Of a stretch of 64,000 nt of DNA, positions 29,245 to 39,943 are shown one piece after another. The DNA is taken from assembly GCA_018238155.1 (NCBI GenBank), contig JABCTZ010000026.1, positions 148,269 to 212,268 of the forward strand. Direction: 5' to 3'. The position numbers were made by a program, and so were the translations under genes. Source of the DNA: Candidatus Heimdallarchaeota archaeon. GTDB lineage: Archaea; Asgardarchaeota; Heimdallarchaeia; JABLTI01. Position 1 is the stretch's first letter. Each line of letters begins with the position of its first letter. The notes under the pieces are model-generated. The model was not told the origin of the DNA. It searched no databases and worked only from the letters and a program-made list of their open reading frames with translations.

Positions 29245-30045
29245 TTAGACACCCTCCAAACCTTCTAATGGTTCTGGCTTTGTAAATTCGTTTTGATCTA
29301 ACGTTCCATTTTCAAAAGCATTAATAATCGCTTCTTCAAAATCATCTGTTGAAGAATATTTAGCAATTATTTTATCTTTAGTTCCTTCAAATACAAGCTC
29401 TCCATCTTTGAGAATGCCTGTATGCGTTGCCAAAGCTTCCAAATCAGAAGTTATATGAGAGGACATTAAAACAGTTTTTCCCTCATCTTTAACCAAAGTA
29501 TAAATGATATCGCGTACTTTTTTAGCTCTTGCAATATCTAATCCTGTCGTAGGCTCATCAAGAATGATTAAATCCTTACTGGAAATAATTGTTCGAACAA
29601 GACTAATAACTCTCTTTTCACCACCAGACAGTTTACCAAATTTCAAATCCAGTTTATCTAACATATCTAACTGTGTTAGCATAGAAGTCATTTTTTCTAT
29701 TGCTTCCTCTTTTGGGACACCTACAATAGAAGTAAAAAGTAAAATATTGTCTCTTGTTTTGAAATCTTTATAGCCAGCACTTAGTTGGGAAAGAATGCCC
29801 ACTTCTGCTCTGATTTTTTCCGGTTCTTTAACGACATCAATACCTTGAACGAAAACTTCACCAGAGGTTGGTTTAAGAATACCAGTTAACATTCTAATAG
29901 TAGTTGTTTTACCAGCCCCATTTGGACCCAGTAACGCATAGATGCTACCTTTTGGCACATGTAGTGAAACATCCTTAACAATTGGTATTTCACCGAATTT
30001 TTTCCATAAATTTTTCGTTTCTATAATATAGCTATCATCATTCAT
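29245..30045 (-). CDS. ABC transporter ATP-binding protein
   Basis: GPNGAGKTT, LSGGE, ILDEPTTGLD, SSH. Confidence 0.93.
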   Translation of the reverse strand: MNDDSYIIETKNLWKKFGEIPIVKDVSLHVPKGSIYALLGPNGAGKTTTIRMLTGILKPTSGEVFVQGIDVVKEPEKIRAEVGILSQLSAGYKDFKTRDNILLFTSIVGVPKEEAIEKMTSMLTQLDMLDKLDLKFGKLSGGEKRVISLVRTIISSKDLIILDEPTTGLDIARAKKVRDIIYTLVKDEGKTVLMSSHITSDLEALATHTGILKDGELVFEGTKDKIIAKYSSTDDFEEAIINAFENGTLDQNEFTKPEPLEGLEGV

Positions 30046-30477
30046 TTTTTTAACCACATAATGAAAAAATTAGTAAAATAAGATTTAAAGTGCTTATCTA
30101 AAATCTATTTTTACAGCATACAAGAAAAATAAGCTGTTCACCTATAAAAATAATTCAAATACTCTTTAATAAGGTTGAGAATAATTGAACATAAATAATT
30201 ACTAATCTTTGAAGGAGTCAAGGAGATAATCCATTTTGCATAATTCAAATAGAAATTAGGAACTGTTTTTGATAATCTACTTTAAAAATCAATGCCCTCT
30301 TATAAAAGAAGATATTGCAAATATAAAACAACTACTCAAGTGTTTTTATTCCAATACCAAAAACACTTTTATTCTCAGATTAGTTTATCTACAATGAATA
30401 CCTCATTCAAAAATTATCAATAGATATTATTTAAGAAATCTAGCTGATAAATTTTGAAGCTAAAATTGGTGCTTTAA

Positions 30478-33400
30478 TTGGAAAGAGAGAATTTTGTTCA
30501 AGAAAGGTTAGAAGAAAAAGAAGATGTTTTTAATAAACTCCTTAGACAAAGAGATGAAATTCGACGGTTTAAGAAGGATTATTTTGAAAAGGTTATTAGT
30601 AATTTTTATGTTAGAAAAAAAATCAGTTATAAATTAAAAAAATTAGGCCATTATGCATTGACTCTTAAAGAAGCGAAATTACAAAGGAAAAACAATGATA
30701 TATCAGAATTAAAAAAAGCTCCTTTGCGTTTCTCTTGTACTGCTCAAGCATTACAATCTCGTATAGGTCAAATAAGTTCTAGTGAACACAACATCTGGAA
30801 GAAAACGAAAGCTTCTCTAAAAAAAGCAAAAGAAATGAAAGAAGAAATAAAAGACACTTTCCTTTTTTTGGATCTATGCTTGGTTGGAGATTCAAAGAAA
30901 CTTGGTCAACTAGAACATTCTGCAGTTCCTTTGGAATCAATAATATTTGCTTTACCACAAATTATTGAAGTTATTGAATTCTTAATAGAGTATTTTCCAA
31001 CAGAAAAATTAGCTTATATTTACAAGAATGAACTAGATGATGATGAAAGTATTGATATGAAAGATTTAAAGAATGAATTCTATAAGAAACACGAAAAGCT
31101 GTTTTTTGCAATACTTATCTATTATTCCGCTTTATTCAATAGTTCTAATTGGGATGGCAGTGAACAATCAAGTGAAGTTTTCTTGAACATTAATAAACTT
31201 GGAATTCATCCAATCCAGGTTTTTTCAACCTTAAATATTATTGATTTTTTTAAAGATAACTACTTTGAAACACTAATAGAGATGAAAGATGTAAAATTTG
31301 AAAAGATAAAAACAGTGATTGATGATATTAATCTAAATGATTCTGACTTTAGCTCAACCTTTAAAATAAGAAGTAAGAATGATCTTAAAAAGTGTTCGGT
31401 AAATTCGCTTTTCAAGATTTGTTTGTTAAAAATCCCTTCAGATTTAAGAGTTCTGAGGAATGATGAATCAATATCAGAGGAAATCAGAGGAAAAATAGCT
31501 ATTTTTAAAAATTTAGGACATTTGTATATGTATATCTTATCAGTAAAATCCGAACTTGAAAAAACAGATGATTTTTGGAGATTTGTGTTTGGTCCTGCAT
31601 ATAGCTGGGCAAAATATGAAATGTATAGAGCAATTACGTTACAACTTGCTGAAGATTTCTCTCAATTCTCTACATTACGATTAATTTTCTCCTTTCTCAT
31701 TGTTAACAAAAATCAAAGATTTTCCAATTTTGCAATTAGAGATAAAGCATTAGAAATCATTTTTACTCACCAGAAGAAACTTGGATTATGGGATATGGAC
31801 ACGCCTATTAAACTATCCAATTCAAAAAATTTCACTATTACAAGTTTTGAAGCAATCACCCCCATACTTGAACAAGCAGCTCATTATGATGATTTGCCTT
31901 TACATAATTATCTTGGAAAAATCCAACAATTTTTCGAATGGGCTAAGCTTACACTTCGAAAAAAAATAGAAGGAGATAACATTGCACCTCATGGTTGGTA
32001 TCCAGAGGGAAGTCGAAGTAAAGAACCCGAGTCATGGTTTTCATCAACAGTATTATATTTTATCAAAACTTATTGTATTACTCTATCAAGAGAACTTAGA
32101 AAATTGGCACTAAAATCTTTTGACTCTAAAAAAATAGACGAGCTCAAAACAATAAATTGGAGCTGTATAATGGATTCCTACTCAACAAAAATCAATCTAA
32201 GTAAAATGTTCTCAGAAAGAATAAAATGCAATGAAGAGCTAAAAATAGAAGAAGTAATTAAAACTAAAAGAGTATTCATTTTTGATGAAAATTGGTCATG
32301 TATATTCTTCGGTCCTCCAGGAACGGGTAAAACAACCTTAGCTGAATCTTTTACTTTAACACAACAAGAACGTACAAAATATCAATCAAAAAAGAGAGAT
32401 TGGTATTATATTCAACTAACACCAGGAGAGTTCTTTGTTAAGGGAGCAGAAGGAGCAGTTTTAATGATTCGAAAGTATTTTACTAGATTATCTCAGCTTA
32501 CTGATGCAGTTATATTTTTTGATGAAATTGAAGATCTAATGCAAAATCGAGATACTTCAGAAAAAGAATGGGATAAACGCAGTCAGTTTTCTACGACTCT
32601 TTTACCAAAATTCCAAGATTTACACAACTCGAAAAAAGTAAAATTCATTATTGCAACAAATAAAATTGAACGAGTGGATTCCGCAATAAGTAGAGAAGGA
32701 AGAATTGATTTTGTCATTCCAGTAGGACATCCTTTTCCTTATTCACGCCTCAATTTATTATTCCAAAAAATATCAGAAGACTATCAGATTGAAGAATTTG
32801 ATAATTTTGATACTAAACAATATGATGCATTGCTAAACTTCATCGGAACAACTTGCTTCATGTCTTATAAAGAACTAGATCAGATTATCTCTCTAAGTTT
32901 AAAGAAAGCAACAAAAGGTAACAATCAGATTGATTTATCAGAAAAAATAACTAATATAATAACGATAATTTTAGAGAATATTGATGGATTAAAATTTGAA
33001 AACAATGAATACTCACGCGAATGGGGATCTATAAATTCAAAAATGGTTGAATTTTTCTTTCAATTAGCAATTCTTCCTTCATCCAACAAAAATACCACAT
33101 CATCACCTTTGTATAATCTTACGAATACTTTTGAGGCTGGTTTGTGTGGGATTATTCAAGATAATAATGATAATAAATATAAAGAAAAGTGCAAGATGAT
33201 TACAGATGCTGCAAGACCAAAATTAACTCTTGGAGATTTTTGTGATTATTGTTCTTATACACTATCAAGCGAGAATACAAGAAACGAAGAATTATTATTG
33301 AATTTCTTCGGACCAATAAAAAACGATGCAAAAAAAATAGGCATACTAAATGAAATCTTCAAATTAATGATAAAAGCTTTTGTTGCCACAAGAAAGATAA

Positions 33401-33792
33401 TTTTCTCAATTATAACCTTAAAACAAAAATTAGAAGAAGGTGAGAAGTGTATCGCCAAACAAACGTTCAAGCAATTTGCAGCTAAAATGATTTCTCTCGA
33501 AGAGGCATTCGAAGTGCTTGTGGCTTTGTTGAAAGAAAATCAAGAAGATTCAAATGGAAAAATAGATAAAAAGTGGCGATCATTATTAATTGGATTTGCT
33601 GATGATTTTGAATATATATTTGATTTTCTTCTAACTAGTTTTCCAGATGAATTAAAAGATGTAAATGTATTATTAGATAAATTAAAGCAAAGAAACATTT
33701 TATTAGATAAACATGAAATAAAAGATGATTTTACTAAAAAGCTTATTTTCCTAATCGTAATGAGAAATAAAATACGTAACCTTTATGCATAA
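30478..33792 (+). CDS. Large AAA+ ATPase with long helical N-terminal region
   Basis: 1104 aa; FGPPGTGKTT, FFDEIE, IATN..VDSAISREGRID (second region of homology). Confidence 0.85.
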   Translation: MERENFVQERLEEKEDVFNKLLRQRDEIRRFKKDYFEKVISNFYVRKKISYKLKKLGHYALTLKEAKLQRKNNDISELKKAPLRFSCTAQALQSRIGQISSSEHNIWKKTKASLKKAKEMKEEIKDTFLFLDLCLVGDSKKLGQLEHSAVPLESIIFALPQIIEVIEFLIEYFPTEKLAYIYKNELDDDESIDMKDLKNEFYKKHEKLFFAILIYYSALFNSSNWDGSEQSSEVFLNINKLGIHPIQVFSTLNIIDFFKDNYFETLIEMKDVKFEKIKTVIDDINLNDSDFSSTFKIRSKNDLKKCSVNSLFKICLLKIPSDLRVLRNDESISEEIRGKIAIFKNLGHLYMYILSVKSELEKTDDFWRFVFGPAYSWAKYEMYRAITLQLAEDFSQFSTLRLIFSFLIVNKNQRFSNFAIRDKALEIIFTHQKKLGLWDMDTPIKLSNSKNFTITSFEAITPILEQAAHYDDLPLHNYLGKIQQFFEWAKLTLRKKIEGDNIAPHGWYPEGSRSKEPESWFSSTVLYFIKTYCITLSRELRKLALKSFDSKKIDELKTINWSCIMDSYSTKINLSKMFSERIKCNEELKIEEVIKTKRVFIFDENWSCIFFGPPGTGKTTLAESFTLTQQERTKYQSKKRDWYYIQLTPGEFFVKGAEGAVLMIRKYFTRLSQLTDAVIFFDEIEDLMQNRDTSEKEWDKRSQFSTTLLPKFQDLHNSKKVKFIIATNKIERVDSAISREGRIDFVIPVGHPFPYSRLNLLFQKISEDYQIEEFDNFDTKQYDALLNFIGTTCFMSYKELDQIISLSLKKATKGNNQIDLSEKITNIITIILENIDGLKFENNEYSREWGSINSKMVEFFFQLAILPSSNKNTTSSPLYNLTNTFEAGLCGIIQDNNDNKYKEKCKMITDAARPKLTLGDFCDYCSYTLSSENTRNEELLLNFFGPIKNDAKKIGILNEIFKLMIKAFVATRKIIFSIITLKQKLEEGEKCIAKQTFKQFAAKMISLEEAFEVLVALLKENQEDSNGKIDKKWRSLLIGFADDFEYIFDFLLTSFPDELKDVNVLLDKLKQRNILLDKHEIKDDFTKKLIFLIVMRNKIRNLYA

Positions 33793-33804
33793 AATAAGAA
33801 AAAA

Positions 33805-34863
33805 TCAAACGCGATAAAAATTGAAGCGAGGAGTGCGGTCAATACCACCTTCCCAAACGTATTCTAGCTTTCTAACAATCTTCTTTTGTCTTTCAAGGTT
33901 CATCAAAGCTTGATATATGATAGGAGTAAAAGTATAACCATTGATTAGTAAGAGTTGTTCAAATTTTTCTTTTATCATATCTATTTTCTCCAAGTGTTCC
34001 ATTAGGAAAACGAAAATAGTTGGAATATTATGCTGACCATTATCTATTGCTTCTAAGGCAAGTTTTTCAAGAACTTGAATATTAGGACTATAATTTGGCA
34101 CCGCTCGAGAAAGTAATTTCTCAATCGAAATCTCATCTTTAGTTAAAGTAATTAGTGAGTTCTTCAAATTTTGATAGAACATCCTGCAGTTCTCACTAAA
34201 AGGTTTTAAACCAAGTTCAAAGGAAGAGAAAAATGAACCATTCTCAGAAGTGCATAGATCCATTGGTTGCATCCAATTTGCTATATGGATTCTATCAGGA
34301 AAATCAGGATGTAGTACTACAAATGCAAACTGTCCTTGAATTTTTTCACAAGCATTTCTTATTGCTTGTTTTATATCATCTGTAGATTTTAATGCTTCTT
34401 CGAGAAGATAGGTGAAAATTTCACTATCACAATAATCGACAATTTCTTTTTGTTGTGCCTTATCAAAAAATACTGATTTAGATTGAAATGTATAACCTAA
34501 TTTTTCTAGCTGTGTTACAAAGTCAAGAGAATTTGTAATTGTACCATTATGCATTGTAACAAATTTCTTCTTACTGCTCCAGAAGGGATGAGCTTTTTCT
34601 TTAGTGTTTGTTTCCGCTTTAGTAAAATTTTTCAATGCAAATCGAGTATGACCGATGCCTATTGTAGCATCAAAATCTTGGCTAGAGAATTTTTCCTTAA
34701 AACTAGTTACCGGTCCAACTTCTTTTTCCATTTTAATCATTGAATTTTGTATTACAGCTATCCCTGTAGCTTGTGCTCCAACTAGCCCTTCTTGAATTCT
34801 TAAAGATTCTAGAATTATTGATGCTACATTTTGATTTCCAATATAACCAGCTATATGGCACAT
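33805..34863 (-). CDS. Class II (Ntn) glutamine amidotransferase-domain protein without SIS domain
   Basis: MCHIAG (Cys2), GIGHTRFA, AHPF, HNGTITN, DSE. Confidence 0.85.
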   Translation of the reverse strand: MCHIAGYIGNQNVASIILESLRIQEGLVGAQATGIAVIQNSMIKMEKEVGPVTSFKEKFSSQDFDATIGIGHTRFALKNFTKAETNTKEKAHPFWSSKKKFVTMHNGTITNSLDFVTQLEKLGYTFQSKSVFFDKAQQKEIVDYCDSEIFTYLLEEALKSTDDIKQAIRNACEKIQGQFAFVVLHPDFPDRIHIANWMQPMDLCTSENGSFFSSFELGLKPFSENCRMFYQNLKNSLITLTKDEISIEKLLSRAVPNYSPNIQVLEKLALEAIDNGQHNIPTIFVFLMEHLEKIDMIKEKFEQLLLINGYTFTPIIYQALMNLERQKKIVRKLEYVWEGGIDRTPRFNFYRV

Positions 34864-34892
34864 ACTATTTATCTCCGATATTCAGCCAATAT

Positions 34893-35873
34893 TTATTTTC
34901 GTTTTAATTCTATCGGTATATTTTGTTCTTGTAGGAATATTTCCAATTCAGTTCTATATGGTAAGGAAGTCATTGCCCCCTTCTTCTGTAGGACTAATGC
35001 ACCTATTGCATTTCCAATAATACCGGCATTTTCATAGGATAACTCATTTATCAGTCCAAAAATAAAGCCAACATTGAATCCATCCCCAGCACCGGTTGTA
35101 TCAATAATCTCAACTTCAAAAGAAGGTATTGTCAAAAAACAACCATTTCTTTCTTTTATAATGCATCCATCTTTATCTTTCTTTAAAACAACAACTTTTA
35201 GTGGAAATCTTGTGAATAAATTTTCTATTGCAGCTTGTTCATCAAAATTCTCTTCATTGTATAGAAATTGCAATTCAGATAAAGAAGGAAGAAAAATGTC
35301 TACTTTTTCTAAAACAAGTTCAATATTCTCTCTCAATACTTTGTCATTTTCCCATAGGTCTACTCTAATATTTGGATCAAAACATATTTGTCCATTATTT
35401 TCCATACAGATATCAATTGCTTTCAATGTTGCACTTCTAACTGGTTCTTCAGTTAAAGAAAGAGAACCAAAAAGTAGATATTTTATTTTTTGGAAAAGCT
35501 TTGAATCAATTTCTTCTGCAGATAAATTGACATCAGCTGAATTATTTCTGTAGAAAAAGAAATCGCGATCCATATCGTTATTATAATAAACGAATGCTAA
35601 AGTTGTTCTTTCACCTTCTGTTGCCTTAACAAGATTAGCAACATTCACACCTTCAGATTGAAGCACGTCTCTCAAATATTCTCCAAAAGGATCATCACCA
35701 ACCTTTCCAATAAAAGCAGTTTTAACACCCAAGCGAGACATTCCCACTATGAAATTTGCTGGTGCACCACCATGGCACTTTTGGAAAGAAGCTAAATCCT
35801 TCAAATTAGTTATCTTATCCGGTATAAAATCAACAAGAACTTCACCAATTGAAACTACTTCAGGAAGAAACAT
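34893..35873 (-). CDS. PfkB-family carbohydrate kinase (fructokinase-like)
   Basis: GGAPAN, GKVGDDPFG, FDPNIR, DTTGAGDGF. Confidence 0.92.
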   Translation of the reverse strand: MFLPEVVSIGEVLVDFIPDKITNLKDLASFQKCHGGAPANFIVGMSRLGVKTAFIGKVGDDPFGEYLRDVLQSEGVNVANLVKATEGERTTLAFVYYNNDMDRDFFFYRNNSADVNLSAEEIDSKLFQKIKYLLFGSLSLTEEPVRSATLKAIDICMENNGQICFDPNIRVDLWENDKVLRENIELVLEKVDIFLPSLSELQFLYNEENFDEQAAIENLFTRFPLKVVVLKKDKDGCIIKERNGCFLTIPSFEVEIIDTTGAGDGFNVGFIFGLINELSYENAGIIGNAIGALVLQKKGAMTSLPYRTELEIFLQEQNIPIELKRK

Positions 35874-36051
35874 TTTATATCATTTCTATTGTTATTGATG
35901 TATATTTGAAAAAGATTCCCCTTATTTTTTGTTCGGGAGAAAAGATTACTAGTATCAGCATAAGCTAACCTTATTAAGCTAAATCTACTTACTTAAATTA
36001 AAAATAGTAAAAACCAAAAAATGTTAAATCTATCTGGAGAGAATATCAATA

Positions 36052-36567
36052 GTGAGCGAAATATTCCTTGATTGCGATTCCCCTTGTGTAAGCTGTCCGT
36101 ATAACAGAGTATTCAAAATTAACACATATGTAGGTAGACATCTACTCGGTTCATATTATTGTGCAAATGATGGCATTCTCTATCTCTGTAAACGAGGAGT
36201 AGGGTTTAGAATGGTTCAAGGTAAAATGAAACCTTTCTGCCCCAGATGTGATAGAGAACTTGGACAATTAAATCTTCGATTTAATCAAGGGAAGGATTTC
36301 AGACCATTTGGTGATGATATTCTGCTTGTAGTTAGGATTCCTCTTCAATCAAAGTTTGATATAACAAAAGTCCTACGTGGGTCATCCTTTAAAGACCTCT
36401 CAGAAGTTTTACTCTACATTTACTTTGATGAAGGAGAGGGAGAATACAATATTGTTCGCTACAAAAAAACGGACAATCAATACTCAGTAATCTTTTCTGG
36501 ACGCATTACAGCTGAAGATATCCAATTAGAGATTATCAAAACTGAAGAAGTAAACCCTCCACGATAG
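36052..36567 (+). CDS. Cys-rich hypothetical protein, probably Zn-binding
   Basis: CDSPCVSC, C, C, CPRC; GGAGA upstream of GTG. Confidence 0.7.
   Translation: MSEIFLDCDSPCVSCPYNRVFKINTYVGRHLLGSYYCANDGILYLCKRGVGFRMVQGKMKPFCPRCDRELGQLNLRFNQGKDFRPFGDDILLVVRIPLQSKFDITKVLRGSSFKDLSEVLLYIYFDEGEGEYNIVRYKKTDNQYSVIFSGRITAEDIQLEIIKTEEVNPPR
36521..36557 (+). repeat. 37-bp direct repeat, copy 1 (3' end of the 36052 gene)
   Basis: TCCAATTAGAGATTATCAAAACTGAAGAAGTAAACCC; 35/37 identical to 39944-39980. Confidence 0.9.
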
Positions 36568-36674
36568 AGATGTTTAATTTCCACTTCATAATTAGTGATT
36601 TTTCCCTTATCATTTCATTTTGAAACATTTATATTACAAATCAACTTTGATACTAATAAGGTTGAACTTTAGAA

Positions 36675-37949
36675 ATGGGAAAAATACATAGAAATAAGAA
36701 AATATCTTTAGCAGCTCTATTTCTAGTACCAATAATCGTGTCAACAATTGGATTCACAATTTATGGTGTAGTGAATGATAAAGTATATCTAAATAGTTTG
36801 TATGCTCAAGGAGAGATAGTTATTTTAAATGATAATGATTTCTCTGAGAGACATTCTCTCCCAGGTTCAGGAACTGCAGAAAACCCATTTTTGATTGAGA
36901 ATTATATTTTTAAGAACCCAAAAACTGTTGCAATCGTTATTAAGGATACTTCTAAACACTTCATTATTAGAAATTGTTCAGTACAGAAACAAGGACAACC
37001 ATTGTATATTTCCAATATTGGATTTAATACTGGAACAGTAATCAACAATACTTTCATTGAAGATATGACATTAGTAGACAACATAAAATTTCATGATTAT
37101 AGAGATGATCGTAATAGCTGGAATCATTATAATTATCAACCATACCGTAGCGGATTTATTTTCATTTATAATTCTCCAGGAATTAGAATTGAAAATAATC
37201 TTTTTCAATTTAGTTCAAATGAAACAGCAAAACAATTTGATTATGGTTTGGTTTTAGTTTCTTCAGATTATTCATTTATTAACAATAATTCTGTCTCATT
37301 TTTCTCTCATGGGATTTTAATATTTGATTCATTATATATGAACATAATTAATAATTTCTGTAGCAATAATGACAATGGTATTTTTATTGATAATGTCAAA
37401 GAAGCTCTTATTATGAATAATATTTGTACCAATAATACAAATGGAATAGAAATTTCAAATGATTATAGTTATGAATATAGTGAAAGAGTACTTATTATTG
37501 CAAATAATTTAAGTTATAATACAAATGCGGGTATTTTTACAGAATGGACAAATAATTATTGCCAGATTAAAGGTAATTTCATATGTGGAAATGAATTTGG
37601 ACTTTCTGGATCTCTAACAGAGTCAAATATTACTTACAATTACTTTAGTCTAAATAACAATCATAGCATCAGACTTAACCAATATAGTTATAGCAATTAT
37701 ATTCATCACAATGTTTTCATTGAAAATAATTACGAGGGATTATTACTTGGTCTGAAACAAGCTTTTGATGTTACATTGTATACTAATGAAGTAGACTACT
37801 GGTTTGAAAATTCTACAAAGGAAGGAAATTATTGGTCAGACTTCATTTGGAATGAAAATGCTGTCTATCATTTAGATGGTGGAAACACTACAGATCAATA
37901 TCCATTATTAGAACCACCAACAATAGAACTTTGGGAGGTTTTGAGTTGA
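36675..37949 (+). CDS. Membrane-anchored right-handed beta-helix (NosD/CASH-like) protein, copy 1
   Basis: N-terminal TM, GSGTAENPFLIE, Asn-rich I.NN..S.N..GI repeats, EGNYWSD, DQYPL. Confidence 0.85.
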   Translation: MGKIHRNKKISLAALFLVPIIVSTIGFTIYGVVNDKVYLNSLYAQGEIVILNDNDFSERHSLPGSGTAENPFLIENYIFKNPKTVAIVIKDTSKHFIIRNCSVQKQGQPLYISNIGFNTGTVINNTFIEDMTLVDNIKFHDYRDDRNSWNHYNYQPYRSGFIFIYNSPGIRIENNLFQFSSNETAKQFDYGLVLVSSDYSFINNNSVSFFSHGILIFDSLYMNIINNFCSNNDNGIFIDNVKEALIMNNICTNNTNGIEISNDYSYEYSERVLIIANNLSYNTNAGIFTEWTNNYCQIKGNFICGNEFGLSGSLTESNITYNYFSLNNNHSIRLNQYSYSNYIHHNVFIENNYEGLLLGLKQAFDVTLYTNEVDYWFENSTKEGNYWSDFIWNENAVYHLDGGNTTDQYPLLEPPTIELWEVLS

Positions 37950-38281
37950 ATTTTTTATTACTTGTTTGTATTAATTTATTTGGAATTCCAGGTATTATTG
38001 GACTTACTTATCTAGCTATATTGTTAATTTCAAAACGAAAAGATTCATTCAAACTACAACCAAATAGATTGTTACTTGGAACGCTAATTTCATTTTCAAT
38101 TTCATTAACAATTATTACTTCAGGAATTAGTCTATCTTTTCATCAAAATTCATTTTTTATAATTTTGATAATTATTCTTTGCATGCTCTTGGTAGTAACA
38201 CCTGTAGTAGTATTTTTTGTGTTTCTTGCTTATTATATAAAATCAATATCTATTGAAGAAAATTCAGTGCAAGTTTTATGA
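37946..38281 (+). CDS. Small 3-TM membrane protein, copy 1
   Basis: TTG overlapping the upstream TGA (TTGA), GGAGG at 37934; paralog at 39585. Confidence 0.75.
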   Translation: MNFLLLVCINLFGIPGIIGLTYLAILLISKRKDSFKLQPNRLLLGTLISFSISLTIITSGISLSFHQNSFFIILIIILCMLLVVTPVVVFFVFLAYYIKSISIEENSVQVL

Positions 38282-38328
38282 ACAACGAAAAATTTGAAAA
38301 AAACTAACAATAGAGCAGTTGGATAAAT

Positions 38329-39588
38329 ATGGGAAAGTTACATAAAAATACGAAAATATCATTGGTAGTTCTTTTTCTAGTACCAATAATCCTTTCAACA
38401 ATCGGATTATCTATTTGTCGTATTGTGGATAAAGAATTATATTTAAGGGATTTATATGCTCAAGGTGAGATTGTTATTCTTAACGATAATGATTTTTCTG
38501 ATAAATTTTCACTCCCAGGTTCAGGAACAGCTGAAAATCCATTTTTAATTGAGGACTATATTTTTGATGATCCAGATACTACTGCAATTGTCATTAAGGA
38601 CACAACAAAACATTTCATTATTAGAAATTGCTCGATAAAGAAGTATGGTCAGCCAATATTTATTTCTAATATTGGATTTAATACGGGGACAGTAATTAAC
38701 AATACCTTCGTTGAAGATAGAACATTAGAAATACAGATTATATTTAAGGACCCTAGAGAGGGGAATAATTATTTAATTTTCGACAATTGCTATGTTCCAT
38801 TTGATGGAGGGTTTATTAATATTATAAATGCACCTGGAATAAGAGTTGAGGATAATATTTTTCAATCTAACCCAGAAGAAATAACATACGAGTCATTTGG
38901 TTTGAATTTATGGACTTCAGATTATTCAGTCATTAATAATAACACTCTCTCATTTTTTTCTATAGGCATAAATCTATTTGATTCTCTTTATTTAACTGTA
39001 GTAAATAATTTCTGTTACAATAATTCAAATGGTATTTGTTTTAGACAAATTGAAGAATCTCTTGTTATGAATAACATTTGTACTAAAAACGGATATGGAA
39101 TAAAAGCTGACAGTTGCCAAAAAGTTCTTTTTATAACAAATAATCTTAGTTGCAATTTGTATGTAGGTTTTCAAGTGTTTTCGCAAATTACCTTATGTCA
39201 AATCAGAGGTAATCTCATAGTGGGGAGTGAGTTCGGACTTAGTGGTGATTTTAATAACTGTAATATTACTTACAATTACTTTAGTTTAAATCTAATCTAT
39301 GGAATTAGACTTGACGAATATCATTCTTATTGGAATTATATTCATCATAATTCATTCATTAATAATAATTATGAAGGTTCAATGATTTGTGAAAGACAAG
39401 CTTATGATAATCCATATTATAACAATTCTCAAAATTACTGGTATGATGATTATTTAAATGAAGGGAATTACTGGTCAGATTTAATTTGGAATGAAAATAG
39501 TGTATATCTTATAGGTGGTGGAAATGCTACAGATCAACATCCATTATTTGAACCACCAACAATGGAATTTTGGGAGGGATTGTATTGA
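38329..39588 (+). CDS. Membrane-anchored right-handed beta-helix (NosD/CASH-like) protein, copy 2
   Basis: Clear paralog of 36675 (YAQGEIVILNDNDFS..GSGTAENPFLIE; EGNYWSD). Confidence 0.85.
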   Translation: MGKLHKNTKISLVVLFLVPIILSTIGLSICRIVDKELYLRDLYAQGEIVILNDNDFSDKFSLPGSGTAENPFLIEDYIFDDPDTTAIVIKDTTKHFIIRNCSIKKYGQPIFISNIGFNTGTVINNTFVEDRTLEIQIIFKDPREGNNYLIFDNCYVPFDGGFINIINAPGIRVEDNIFQSNPEEITYESFGLNLWTSDYSVINNNTLSFFSIGINLFDSLYLTVVNNFCYNNSNGICFRQIEESLVMNNICTKNGYGIKADSCQKVLFITNNLSCNLYVGFQVFSQITLCQIRGNLIVGSEFGLSGDFNNCNITYNYFSLNLIYGIRLDEYHSYWNYIHHNSFINNNYEGSMICERQAYDNPYYNNSQNYWYDDYLNEGNYWSDLIWNENSVYLIGGGNATDQHPLFEPPTMEFWEGLY

Positions 39589-39920
39589 TCTATTGGCTTG
39601 TAGCTTGTATTAATTTATTCGTAATAGCAAGTATTGTTGGATTAACTTATCTAGTATTATGGTTAATTTCCAAACGAAAAGATTCGATTAATTTACCTCC
39701 AAATGGATTGCTACTTGGAGCGTTAATTTCATTTTCAATTTCTTTAGCGACTATTACAACGGGAATAATCTTTGCTTTTCCTGAAGCTGTACTTGAGAAA
39801 ATTATCATAGCAATAATTTGTACAATGATATATTTGGTGCCAGCTGTAGCATTTATTATTTGTATTGTTTTATACAAGAATTCAATTGCAGTAGATGAAA
39901 ATTCAGTGCAAATTTTATGA
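39585..39920 (+). CDS. Small 3-TM membrane protein, copy 2
   Basis: Same TTGA coupling and GGAGG; shares CINLF, ISKRKDS, LISFSISL, ENSVQ with copy 1. Confidence 0.75.
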   Translation: MIYWLVACINLFVIASIVGLTYLVLWLISKRKDSINLPPNGLLLGALISFSISLATITTGIIFAFPEAVLEKIIIAIICTMIYLVPAVAFIICIVLYKNSIAVDENSVQIL

Positions 39921-39943
39921 ACAAGAAAATATGGATGGATATT

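Noticed and set aside
30058-30477. tRNA/ncRNA in the longer intergenic gaps (also 43350-43593, 51430-51780)
   Set aside because: Very AT-rich, no cloverleaf, T-loop or GC-rich stems visible; a covariance search would be needed to exclude them fully
30478-33792. NSF/Vps4/Cdc48 partner for the SNAP-like giant protein
   Set aside because: Single AAA module, no MIT or N-domain recognised, 8 kb away with unrelated genes between
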